Assembly (NCBI GenBank): GCA_038250795.1
Contig: JBBSBZ010000001.1
Span: 2,842-66,841, forward strand
Reading direction: 5' to 3'
Source of the DNA: Burkholderiales bacterium
GTDB taxonomy: Bacteria > Pseudomonadota > Gammaproteobacteria > Burkholderiales > Burkholderiaceae_C
Length of the DNA: 64,000 bases
Shown here in pieces: positions 1-8,542 of this stretch (positions within the stretch are counted from its first letter, which is position 1; each line of letters begins with the position of its first letter). The notes beneath the pieces are model-generated. The model was not told the DNA's origin. It worked only from the letters and a program-made list of their open reading frames with translations, and searched no databases. The position numbers and the translations under genes are program-made.

Positions 1-2
1 CG

Positions 3-395
3 GCCGACTTCGACGCGGCCGGTTTCGAGCGGATCGCCAAGATGATCTTCATCCGGCTCCAGGCCGCCAACGACAGTGGTGACCTCGGCGACCTGCGCGC
101 CTTCACGACGCCGGAAATGTTCGCCCACCTCAAGCTCGATCTCCAGGAGCGCGGCCGGGCAACGCAGCAGACCGACGTCGAGCGCGTCGACGCCGAGGTG
201 CTGGACGTCGTGCGCGACGACGAGCGGCAGATCGTCAGCGTCCGCTTCCACGGCTCCATCCGCGAGGACGCGGGCGCGCCGGGGCAGCCGTTCGACGAGG
301 TCTGGCACCTCGTCAAGCCCGCCGACGGCAGCCGCGAGTGGGCGATCGCCGGCATCCAGCCGACGACGGCGCCAGCGCTCGCACAGGCGGCCTGA
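3..395 (+). CDS. Tim44-like domain protein, 5' truncated by window edge
   Basis: Frame is open from base 3 (ADFDAAGFERIAKMIFIRLQAAND...). Contains the C-terminal VRFHGSIRE...FDEVWHLVKP...WAIAGIQ pattern typical of bacterial Tim44 proteins. Confidence 0.8.
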   Translation, partial: ADFDAAGFERIAKMIFIRLQAANDSGDLGDLRAFTTPEMFAHLKLDLQERGRATQQTDVERVDAEVLDVVRDDERQIVSVRFHGSIREDAGAPGQPFDEVWHLVKPADGSREWAIAGIQPTTAPALAQAA

Positions 396-400
396 ACGCA

Positions 401-426
401 CGCGGCGCGCCTGGACGCGCGCCGCG
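401..426 (+). terminator. GC-rich hairpin after the Tim44-like gene (possible terminator or stabiliser)
   Basis: Perfect 10-bp stem cgcggcgcgc / gcgcgccgcg with a 6-nt loop; no U-tract. Confidence 0.35.
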
Positions 427-520
427 GTCTCGACCGCCCACGACGCCGCGGTCTCGCCGCGACGAAGCACTGCGCCACAATCACGCGCCGCATTCCCGGC
501 GCTCGACGGCGCAGCTCTCG

Positions 521-2584
521 ATGACGCGAGATTCACGTTCTTTCGCCACGGCGCTCGCCGCTCTCGCGGCATCGCTGCTCGGCGCCTGCGCGCCGATGAC
601 GGCGCCGGATCCGGGGGCGGTCGCCATCGCGTCGGCAGCAGCCGCTGCGCCATCGGGCCCGGTCATCGCACCGAATGCGAATCTCGTCGTCCAGGGCATC
701 CCGCCGGTGCCGGCCCGCATCGCCGAAGACGTGGCCCGCTACAACGACTTTCGCGGCCATCGCTTCGTCGACTGGCATCCGACCAAGCGCGAGATGCTGG
801 TGTCGTACCGGCAGGCCGGCGCGAGCACCGCGCAGATCTTCCGCCTCGCCTCGCCGCTGGCCGAGCCGCAAGCGCTCACCGACGCCGACGAGCGGATCCT
901 CGCCGCCAGCTACGAGCCGATCGACGGCCGCTACATCGTGATCGCGCGCGGCCACGGCGGCGACGAAGCGGCACAGCTCTACCGCGTCGATCCCGCGACC
1001 CGCCAGACGACGCAGATCACCGAGCCCGACGAGCGCCACGACCTCCAGCGCTGGCTGCATCGCTCGAGTGCGCTGCTGTATCTGTCGCTGCCACTCGACC
1101 GCACCGCCTCCTCGGGCCGGCGCGAGAACGTCCGGCAGCGCCTCACCCTCGTCGATCCGCTCCGGCCCGAGCAGCGTCGTCGCCTTGCCGAGCTTCCCGG
1201 CGGCGGCTGGGAGGTCGGCGGCGTCGCCTGGAGCGACCGGAAGATCGCCCTCACGCGCTACCTGTCGGCGACCGAGTCGCAGGTCTGGCTCCTCGACATG
1301 GCCAGCGGCGCCTTGAAGCAGGTGCTGCCCGCCACCGGTCAGCCGGCGGCGACCCACCTGGCGCAGCTCTGGAAGAAGGACGATTCGGGCTTTTTCGTTC
1401 TCGGCGATCGCAGCGGCGAGTTCCGCGAGCTGCTGTTCTATCGCCTCGCCGACGCGCGCCTCGTGCGCATCAGCCGCGCCATCCCGTGGAACATCGAGAG
1501 CGTGAGCCTCGACGCCGGCGGGCGGCTACTCGCGGTGCGCGCCAACGTCGAGGGCCGCAGCGAGCTGCGCTTCTTCGATGCCGAGAGCTTCGACGAGCTG
1601 CCCAGCCCGGACGTCGATGGCAGCGTCGTGCAGGCGAGCTTTCATCCGCGCCTGCCGCTGCTGGCGGTGACCTTCGTCGACAGCGCCAGCCCGGGCACGA
1701 TCGCGGTGGTCGACCCGAGCAACGGCGCGCTACGGCGCTGGACGGCGCCGGCCGCGCCCGCCGGCGTCGACCCGTCGACTTTCGGACGCCAGGAGATCGT
1801 GCGCTGGAAGAGCTTCGACGGGCGCGAGATCTCCGGCCTCCTGACGCGGCCGCCGGCGCGCTTCACCGGGCCGAGGCCGGTGCTCGTCGCCATCCACGGC
1901 GGACCGGAGGAGCAGGCGCGCTTCGGCTTCCTCGGCCGCAACCAGTACTTCGTCGAGGAGCTCGGGATCGCCATCCTGCAGCCCAACGTGCGCGGCTCGG
2001 CGGGTTTCGGCAAGACCTTCCTCTCGCTCGACGACGGCATGAAGCGCGAGGACTCGGTGAAGGACATCGGCGCCCTCTTCGACTGGATCGCGACGCAGCC
2101 CGGCCTCGACGCGTCGCGCGTGATGGTCACGGGCGGCAGCTACGGCGGCTACATGAGCCTGGCGGTCGCGACACGGTATTCCGACCGGATCGCCGGCTCG
2201 ATCGACATCGTCGGCATCTCGAACTTCGTCTCCTTCCTCGAGAACACCGAGAGCTACCGTCGCGACCTGCGCCGCGTCGAGTACGGCGACGAGCGCGACC
2301 CGGCGATGCGCGAATTCATGCTGCGCACGGCGCCACTCAACAACGCCGAGAAGATCACCCGGCCGCTGTTCGTCGTGCAGGGCAAGAACGATCCGCGCGT
2401 GCCCTACACCGAGGCCGAGCAGATCGTCGCCCGCGTGCGCGGGACCGGCACGCCGGTCTGGTACCTGCGCGCCGAGAACGAAGGCCACGGCTTCGCGCGC
2501 AAGGAGAACGCCGACTTCCAGTTCTACGCCCAGGTGATGTTCATGCGCCAGACGCTCCTCGGCGAGCGCGCGCCCGGGCGGTGA
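521..2584 (+). CDS. S9 family (prolyl oligopeptidase / acylaminoacyl peptidase-like) serine peptidase, predicted lipoprotein
   Basis: Lipobox LLGAC, beta-propeller-like middle, IHGGP, nucleophile GGSYGG, QGKND acid and EGHGF His motifs. Start placed at ATG 521. Confidence 0.9.
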   Translation: MTRDSRSFATALAALAASLLGACAPMTAPDPGAVAIASAAAAAPSGPVIAPNANLVVQGIPPVPARIAEDVARYNDFRGHRFVDWHPTKREMLVSYRQAGASTAQIFRLASPLAEPQALTDADERILAASYEPIDGRYIVIARGHGGDEAAQLYRVDPATRQTTQITEPDERHDLQRWLHRSSALLYLSLPLDRTASSGRRENVRQRLTLVDPLRPEQRRRLAELPGGGWEVGGVAWSDRKIALTRYLSATESQVWLLDMASGALKQVLPATGQPAATHLAQLWKKDDSGFFVLGDRSGEFRELLFYRLADARLVRISRAIPWNIESVSLDAGGRLLAVRANVEGRSELRFFDAESFDELPSPDVDGSVVQASFHPRLPLLAVTFVDSASPGTIAVVDPSNGALRRWTAPAAPAGVDPSTFGRQEIVRWKSFDGREISGLLTRPPARFTGPRPVLVAIHGGPEEQARFGFLGRNQYFVEELGIAILQPNVRGSAGFGKTFLSLDDGMKREDSVKDIGALFDWIATQPGLDASRVMVTGGSYGGYMSLAVATRYSDRIAGSIDIVGISNFVSFLENTESYRRDLRRVEYGDERDPAMREFMLRTAPLNNAEKITRPLFVVQGKNDPRVPYTEAEQIVARVRGTGTPVWYLRAENEGHGFARKENADFQFYAQVMFMRQTLLGERAPGR

Positions 2585-3507
2585 GCGAGCCTCGCATCCT
2601 CGCCTACGGCGAGCCGATGGTGGAGTTCAACCAGACCGGCGCCGAGGGCGGCACGCTCTACCTCCAGGGCTTCGGCGGCGACACCTCCAATTTCGCGATC
2701 GCGGCGGCACGCCAGGGTGCGAGCGTCGGCTATGTCTCGGCCCTCGGCGACGACATCCACGGCGCCATGCTGCGTGCGCTCTGGCGCCAGGAAGGCGTCG
2801 ACCAGAGCCACGTGCTCACCGACGCCAAGGCGTTCACCGCGATCTACTTCGTCACGCACGACGGTGCGGGCCACCACTTCAGCTTCTTTCGCCGCGGCTC
2901 GGCGGCGAGCCGGTTCGCGGCGTCGCAGTTGCCGCGCGAGGCGATCGCGCAGGCGAGCGTGCTCCACCTGTCGGGCATCTCGCTGGCGATCTCGAAGAGT
3001 GCGTGCGACGCGGGCCTGGCCGCCATCGAGATCGCGCGCGAAGCCGGCGTGCGGGTCTCGTTCGACACCAACCTGCGATTGAAGCTCTGGCCGGTCGCGC
3101 GCGCCCGCCGCGTCATGAGCGCGGTCATCGCGCGCAGCGACATCTGCCTGCCGAGCCTCGACGACATCACGGCGATCACCGGCCTCGTCGAGCCGGAGGC
3201 GATCGTCGACCATTGCCTCGGGCTCGGGGCGCGAACCGTGGCGCTCAAGCTCGGCGCCGAAGGCGCGTGGGTCGCCGACGCGCAGCGGCGCGTGCGCATC
3301 GCGCCGCATCCCTGCCGGCCGGTCGACGCGACCGGCGCCGGCGATGTGTTCGGCGGCGCCTTCGTCGCCCGGATCGTCGCCGGCGACGACCTCGAGGCCG
3401 CCGGGCGCTACGCCGCCGTCGCGGCGGCGCTCTCGACCGAAGGCTTCGGCGCGGTGGCGCCGATCCCGCATCGCGACCGGGTGCGCGCCGCGCTGCAGAG
3501 CGGCTGA
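2581..3507 (+). CDS. kdgK: PfkB family sugar kinase, 2-keto-3-deoxygluconate kinase-like
   Basis: GEPMVEF, GGDTSNFAIAAARQG, SFDTNLR and DATGAGDVFGGAF motifs. GTG start overlaps the upstream TGA (GTGA). Confidence 0.75.
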   Translation: MSEPRILAYGEPMVEFNQTGAEGGTLYLQGFGGDTSNFAIAAARQGASVGYVSALGDDIHGAMLRALWRQEGVDQSHVLTDAKAFTAIYFVTHDGAGHHFSFFRRGSAASRFAASQLPREAIAQASVLHLSGISLAISKSACDAGLAAIEIAREAGVRVSFDTNLRLKLWPVARARRVMSAVIARSDICLPSLDDITAITGLVEPEAIVDHCLGLGARTVALKLGAEGAWVADAQRRVRIAPHPCRPVDATGAGDVFGGAFVARIVAGDDLEAAGRYAAVAAALSTEGFGAVAPIPHRDRVRAALQSG

Positions 3508-3526
3508 CGCAGGGGCGAGCACAGCC

Positions 3527-4273
3527 TCAGGGCGCCGAAGGTCCCTGGAATCCGCGCGCCCGATAGGTGAGGACGAGCGTGTCGCGGTGACCGTCGGCAG
3601 CGATCGGCTGGATCGGGGTGCTCTCGTGGACGACGCGGGCGTCGTCGAGAACGAGCGCCGTCCACGGCTCGAGCATCGTGAAGCGCAGCCCTTGGGGTCC
3701 GTCGGCGGCGAACACGCGGGTCTCGCCCCCCTTGATGCCCAGGCGATCGACGAGCACGACGGCGACGAGGTCGACACCGTCGCGGTGCGCACCTTCGGGC
3801 GTCGGCCGGCCGATGCCGTCGGTGGTATCGATGCGGAACTGGTGCGCCTCGACGTACCACTTCTGCTGGCCTCGGTACGACGACGCGAGCTTCGCGAACG
3901 ACACGAGCATCCGCCGCCACGCCGGCGCCGCGAGCACCGCCTCGTCGACCGGATCGAACCACCGTTCGATGCCGCCGTGCAGCGCGTTGTATTCGACCGG
4001 CTGCCAGTGCGCCCGCTGCTCGACGAGCTGCACCGAATCGCCGTCGATGACGAGGCTGGCGTGGCGGCGCCGGCGATAGTGGCCGCCGTCACGCAGGTGG
4101 GCGTCGGGCGGCAACGAATCCCACGAAGGTCGCAGCGCGTCGAGCGCGCCGAGGGTCGCCCCGGCGAAGCGCGCGAACGCGGCGGGCGCGAGCAGGGCAT
4201 GCCCGCTCGCCTTGAGCGTCTCGACGAGAGCGGCGGGCTCGGTCGTCGGCACGCCGAGCGGCGCCGAGCTCAT
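3527..4273 (-). CDS. 2OG-Fe(II) dioxygenase family protein (BsmA/PF10014-like)
   Basis: YRRRRH, HQFRI, PTPEGAHRDG (HxD), HESTPI and RDTLVLTY motifs. Confidence 0.85.
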   Translation of the reverse strand: MSSAPLGVPTTEPAALVETLKASGHALLAPAAFARFAGATLGALDALRPSWDSLPPDAHLRDGGHYRRRRHASLVIDGDSVQLVEQRAHWQPVEYNALHGGIERWFDPVDEAVLAAPAWRRMLVSFAKLASSYRGQQKWYVEAHQFRIDTTDGIGRPTPEGAHRDGVDLVAVVLVDRLGIKGGETRVFAADGPQGLRFTMLEPWTALVLDDARVVHESTPIQPIAADGHRDTLVLTYRARGFQGPSAP

Positions 4274-5304
4274 CGGCCGTAGCGCTCGCGCGCGAGCTGC
4301 GCGCCCTTGGCCAGCGCGGCAAGCTTGGCCTCAGCCACCTCGCGGCGCATCGGCGCCAGGCCGCAGTTGGTGCACGGGAACAGGCGCTCGCGCGGCACGA
4401 AACGCAAGGCGCTGCCGATCGTGTCGGCGATCTCCTCGGGCGTCTCGATGACGTCGGAGGCGACGTCGATGACGCCGACCATGACGTCCTTGCCGTCGAG
4501 CAGGCGCATCAGCTCGGCCGGCACGTGTGAGTGGAAGCACTCGAGCGAGACCTGGTCGATCGAGCTCTTGGCGAGGGCGGGAAAGACCTGCTCGTACTGG
4601 CGCCACTGGCCGCCGAGGGTCTCCTTCCAGTCGATGTTGGCGCGGATGCCGTAGCCGTAGCAGATGTGGACGGCGGTCTTGCACGCGAGGCCTTCGGCCG
4701 CGCGCTCGAGCGCCGCGACGCCCCACTCGGCCGCGTCGGCCATGTAGACGTTGAACGCCGGCTCGTCGAACTGGACGATGTCGACGCCGTCGGCCTGCAG
4801 CGCGCGCGCTTCCTGATTGAGGAGCTCGGCGAAGGCGAAAGCCATCTTGATGCGGCCTTCCTTGCCGTCGCCGTAGAAGCGATCGGCCACGGTGTCGACG
4901 ATCGTCATCGGCCCGGGCAGCGTGAACTTCAGCGGCTTGGCGGTATGCGCGCGCGCGAGTCTCGCCTCGGCCTGGTGGACGCGGCCCGCGAGGCGCAACG
5001 GCCCGACGACCTGCGGCACCATCGCGTCGTAGCGGTTGTTGCGGATGCCCATCTTCACCTTGTGCTCGAAGTCGATGCCTTCGACGCGGGCGAGGAAGCC
5101 GTGCACGAAGTGCTGGCGCGACTGCTCGCCGTCGCCGACGATGTCGATGCCCGCGTCCTCCTGGACCTTCAGCCAGACCAGCGTGGCATCGGCCTTGGCG
5201 CGATCGAGCTCGGCGCCGCTCGACTTCCACTCCGGCCAGAGCTTCTCGGTCTCGGCCAGCCAGGAGGGTTTCGGCAGGCTGCCTGCGATCGCGGTCTCGA
5301 ACAT
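4270..5304 (-). CDS. Cobalamin-independent methionine synthase, single catalytic domain, MesD-like
   Basis: GSLPKPSWLAE, DGEQSRQHF, PGPMTI, QFDEPAFN, Zn ligands VHICYGY and PCTNCGL. RBS aaggag lies upstream of ATG 5304. Confidence 0.85.
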   Translation of the reverse strand: MFETAIAGSLPKPSWLAETEKLWPEWKSSGAELDRAKADATLVWLKVQEDAGIDIVGDGEQSRQHFVHGFLARVEGIDFEHKVKMGIRNNRYDAMVPQVVGPLRLAGRVHQAEARLARAHTAKPLKFTLPGPMTIVDTVADRFYGDGKEGRIKMAFAFAELLNQEARALQADGVDIVQFDEPAFNVYMADAAEWGVAALERAAEGLACKTAVHICYGYGIRANIDWKETLGGQWRQYEQVFPALAKSSIDQVSLECFHSHVPAELMRLLDGKDVMVGVIDVASDVIETPEEIADTIGSALRFVPRERLFPCTNCGLAPMRREVAEAKLAALAKGAQLARERYGR

Positions 5305-5419
5305 CAATGACTCCTTGCGTGCGGTGCGGCGTCAGGCGCGGCTGCGTGCCGTGTCGTCTTCATTATTGAACAGGCCCACATCGTCGTTGTCGGTCGCCGG
5401 CGCCTTGGCCGGCTCCGTT

Positions 5420-6430
5420 TCACCGGGGCGTGGACGGCGCTTCGAGGTCGAATGCCTGCCCGAGCAACGCGTACGACGTCCGCCGCACCGCGGGATCGTG
5501 GGCCCAGGTGTTGACGACGACCTCGTCGAGCCCGAACGCATCGACCAGCCGATCGATCTTTTCGGCGACTGTCTTCGGCGAGCCGACGAAAGCGAGCTGG
5601 CGCATCGACGCGAGCCCCTGCTCCTCGGCGGCATCGAAGCCGCGAGCCGCGATGACGTCGGGCGACTGCAAGGGCCCAAGCACGCCGCGGCCGCGGTCGA
5701 TGCGCCAGCGGTCGCGCGACAGGGCGTGGTGCTGCGCCTCCTCGTCGCTGCCTGCGACGAGTGCCCAGATGCAGAGCGTGGCCTGCGGCTTGGGGTGGCG
5801 CTCGCTCGGCTGGTAGAGGCGCCGGTAGAGCGCCAGCGCCTGCTCCGCCCCCTGCCCGTCGGTGAAGAAGTAGGCGAAGGCATAAGGCAGCCCGAAGTGC
5901 GCGGCGAGCTGCGCGCCGTAGTCGGAGCTGCCGAGGATCCAGATCTCCGGCGCGTGCGGGCCGAGCGGATGGGCAGTGATGCCGGCATGGCGGCCCTCAC
6001 CCGTCCATGCGAGCAGGTCGCGCACCTGGACCGGGAAGTCGTCGGCGGCATGGGACGCGTTGGGATTGAGCGCTCGGGCCGTACGCATGTCGCCACCCGG
6101 CGCGCGGCCGACGCCGAGGTCGATGCGGCCGGGCGCGAGTGCCTCGAGGACGCGGAACTGCTCGGCGACCTTGAGCGCGCTGTAGTGCGGCAGCATGACG
6201 CCGGCGCTGCCGATGCGGATCGACGACGTGCGCGCCGCGATCGCCGCCATCAGGATCTCGGGCGCGCTGCCGACGATCGTCGGCAGGCCGTGGTGCTCGC
6301 TGACCCAGAAGCGCGAGTAGCCGATCCGCTCGCAATGCTCGGCGAGCGAGACGGTATCGCGGATGGCGGCGTCTTCGCTGCTGCCGGCGAGCGACACCGA
6401 CTGGTCGAGGACGGAGAGCTTCAGTGCCAT
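5420..6430 (-). CDS. LLM class (luciferase-like) flavin-dependent oxidoreductase
   Basis: LSVLDQS, RFWVSEHH, RIGSAGVMLPHYSALKVAEQF and RIDLGVGRAPG motifs. Confidence 0.9.
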   Translation of the reverse strand: MALKLSVLDQSVSLAGSSEDAAIRDTVSLAEHCERIGYSRFWVSEHHGLPTIVGSAPEILMAAIAARTSSIRIGSAGVMLPHYSALKVAEQFRVLEALAPGRIDLGVGRAPGGDMRTARALNPNASHAADDFPVQVRDLLAWTGEGRHAGITAHPLGPHAPEIWILGSSDYGAQLAAHFGLPYAFAYFFTDGQGAEQALALYRRLYQPSERHPKPQATLCIWALVAGSDEEAQHHALSRDRWRIDRGRGVLGPLQSPDVIAARGFDAAEEQGLASMRQLAFVGSPKTVAEKIDRLVDAFGLDEVVVNTWAHDPAVRRTSYALLGQAFDLEAPSTPR

Positions 6431-6432
6431 GG

Positions 6433-6915
6433 TCAGCCCTCGGGATGCGTGGGATCGATCCAGCGGACCGTGTCGGGTTTCTCGACCGGCTCGATGTCGA
6501 TGTTGACGGCGACCGCCTCGCCGTCGCTGCGACACAGCACGCACTCGAGCGTCTCCGTGGCGCTCGCATTGATCTCCTGGTGCGGCACGTAGGGCGGCAC
6601 GTAGATGAAGTCGCCCGGTCCGGCCTCGGCGACGAACTCGAGGCGATCGCCCCAGCGCATGCGCGCCCTGCCCTTGACGACGTAGATCACGCTCTCGAGC
6701 GGGCCGTGGTGGTGCGCGCCGGTCTTGGCGTCGGGGTGGATGTGCACGGTGCCGGCCCAGAGCTTCTGCGCGCCGACCCGTGCGAAGTTGATGGCCGCCT
6801 TGCGGTCCATGCCGGCCGTCTGGGCCGTGTTCGCATCGAGCTGGTCGGCGGCGATGACGCGAACGCCATCGTGCTGCCAGCGCTTGTCTGTCGTGGCGGT
6901 GGTCTTCCCGGTCAT
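6433..6915 (-). CDS. Cupin domain protein
   Basis: TGAHHHGPLESVIYVVKG and GDFIYVPPYVPHQE cupin motifs. Stop is 2 nt before the LLM start. Confidence 0.85.
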   Translation of the reverse strand: MTGKTTATTDKRWQHDGVRVIAADQLDANTAQTAGMDRKAAINFARVGAQKLWAGTVHIHPDAKTGAHHHGPLESVIYVVKGRARMRWGDRLEFVAEAGPGDFIYVPPYVPHQEINASATETLECVLCRSDGEAVAVNIDIEPVEKPDTVRWIDPTHPEG

Positions 6916-7126
6916 TTCTGGATACTCCTGGAGCGAGCGCTGCGATGCAGGGTCGTGTACATTAGCGGCACAGTTATACGCAAGACAGTGGTTGTTCGTG
7001 ATTCTCGTTCTACCCCCGCGGTCCTCGCGGCGGGCCACCTGAAATCCCCCTGATCGGTTCTTGAGTGTCGCTGCATGCGCCGCATGTTGCTGCGCATTCA
7101 TTTCAATCGTAGACAGGATATTTTTT

Positions 7127-7339
7127 ATGACGACCCAAACCGGAACCGTGAAGTGGTTCAACGAAAGCAAGGGCTTCGGCTTCATCGCGCAAGACGCGGG
7201 CGGCGCCGACCTCTTCGCCCACTTCCGTGACATCCAGGGCAACGGATTCAAGACGCTCGCCGAGAACCAGCGCGTCGAATTCGAAGTGAAGCAGGGCCAG
7301 AAGGGCCTGCAGGCCGCGAACATCCGCGTCCTCGCCTGA
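7127..7339 (+). CDS. cspA: Cold-shock protein (CspA family)
   Basis: [15 protein letters not shown] (RNP1) and DLFAHF (RNP2); 70 aa. Confidence 0.95.
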   Translation: MTTQTGTVKWFNESKGFGFIAQDAGGADLFAHFRDIQGNGFKTLAENQRVEFEVKQGQKGLQAANIRVLA

Positions 7340-7375
7340 TTCGCTATTCGAACCGGAGCTTCTCCGGAGAAAATG

Positions 7376-7401
7376 CCGCGGCACCTGCCGCGGTTTTTTT
7401 T
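7376..7401 (+). terminator. Rho-independent terminator of csp
   Basis: Stem ccgcggc-acct-gccgcgg followed by 8 T. A second hairpin ccggag-ctt-ctccgg lies at 7353-7367. Confidence 0.85.
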
Positions 7402-7439
7402 CGGCCGCGTTTTCGTCCCCCGTTGAAGCGAGACTGCCG

Positions 7440-8477
7440 ATGAATTCCTCCGCCGCATTGACCAACCACCAGGTCCGCCTGGCCCGCCGCCCTGTCGGCC
7501 TGCCGACGCGCGCCGACTGGAGCTTCACCGCCGAGCCGGTCGGGGCGACCCCGCCCGGCGGCGTCGTCGTCAAGACCCTGTCGCTCTCCCTCGATCCGGC
7601 GATGCGCGGCTGGATGAACGAGGCGCGCAGCTACATCCCGCCGGTCGCGATCGACGCAGTGATGCGCGCGGGCGGCATCGGCTCGGTCGCCGCGTCGGAC
7701 AACCCGGCGTTTGCCGTCGGCGACCGCGTCAGCGGAGCGCTCGGGGTGCAGGAGTACGCCTCGTTCACCAGCCAGCAGCTCGGCCGGGGAGAGCTCGCCA
7801 AGATCGACGTGCGCCTGGGCACACTGACGCAGTGGCTGAACGTCCTCGGCATGCCGGGCATGACCGGTTACTTCGGCCTGCTCGAGGTCGGCCAGGCCAA
7901 GGCCGGCGAGACGGTCGTCGTCTCGGGCGCTGCGGGCGCTGTCGGCCAGACCGTCGGCCAGCTCGCGAAGATCAAGGGCTGCCGCGCCGTCGGCATCGCC
8001 GGCGGGCCCGAGAAGTGCGCCTGGGTCGTCGACGAGCTCGGCTTCGACGCCTGCATCGACTACAAGGCCGGCCCGATCCGCGACGGCCTGAAGGCTCACT
8101 GCCCCGACGGCGTCGACGTCTACTTCGACAACGTCGGCGGCGAGATCCTCGACGCGGTCCTCGCGAAGATCCGCCGCCACGCGCGCATCGTCATCTGCGG
8201 CGCGATCAGCCAGTACAACAACACCGAGGCGGTGAAAGGCCCGGCGAACTACCTCTCGCTCCTCGTCCACCGCGCACGCATGGAAGGGATGGTCGTCTTC
8301 GACTACACCGAGCGCTTCCCGGCCGCGATCGCGGAACTCGCCGGCTACCTGAAGGACGGCCGGATGAAGAGCCGTGAGGACGTCGTCATGGGCCTCGACA
8401 CCTTTCCCGAGACCTTGCTCAAGCTGTTTCGCGGCGAGAACTTCGGAAAGCTCGTGCTGCAGGTCGCGAAAGACTGA
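7440..8477 (+). CDS. NADP-dependent oxidoreductase (MDR, PTGR/CurA-like)
   Basis: SLDPAMRGWM, GMPGMTGYFGL, VSGAAGAVG, DVYFDNVGG and GENFGKLVL motifs. Confidence 0.9.
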   Translation: MNSSAALTNHQVRLARRPVGLPTRADWSFTAEPVGATPPGGVVVKTLSLSLDPAMRGWMNEARSYIPPVAIDAVMRAGGIGSVAASDNPAFAVGDRVSGALGVQEYASFTSQQLGRGELAKIDVRLGTLTQWLNVLGMPGMTGYFGLLEVGQAKAGETVVVSGAAGAVGQTVGQLAKIKGCRAVGIAGGPEKCAWVVDELGFDACIDYKAGPIRDGLKAHCPDGVDVYFDNVGGEILDAVLAKIRRHARIVICGAISQYNNTEAVKGPANYLSLLVHRARMEGMVVFDYTERFPAAIAELAGYLKDGRMKSREDVVMGLDTFPETLLKLFRGENFGKLVLQVAKD

Positions 8478-8542
8478 CATCCGGCGCGCGGGCGCCTCAC
8501 TCGCGGGTTCGCTGCGGGCGCGGGCGCGCGTAGGATCGCGGC

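Noticed and set aside
420-456. 13-nt direct repeat cgccgcggtctcg with 24-nt period
   Set aside because: Only two copies, GC-rich and overlapping a hairpin; not a CRISPR or iteron array.
76-2580. N-terminal ~835 aa of the 1143-aa ORF 76..3507
   Set aside because: Arg/Pro-rich off-frame shadow of the Tim44 and S9 genes; only the part from GTG 2581 (PfkB kinase) is real.
5308-5419. SAM/SAH/cobalamin riboswitch upstream of the methionine synthase
   Set aside because: I could not match any conserved riboswitch core by eye; an Infernal scan would be decisive.
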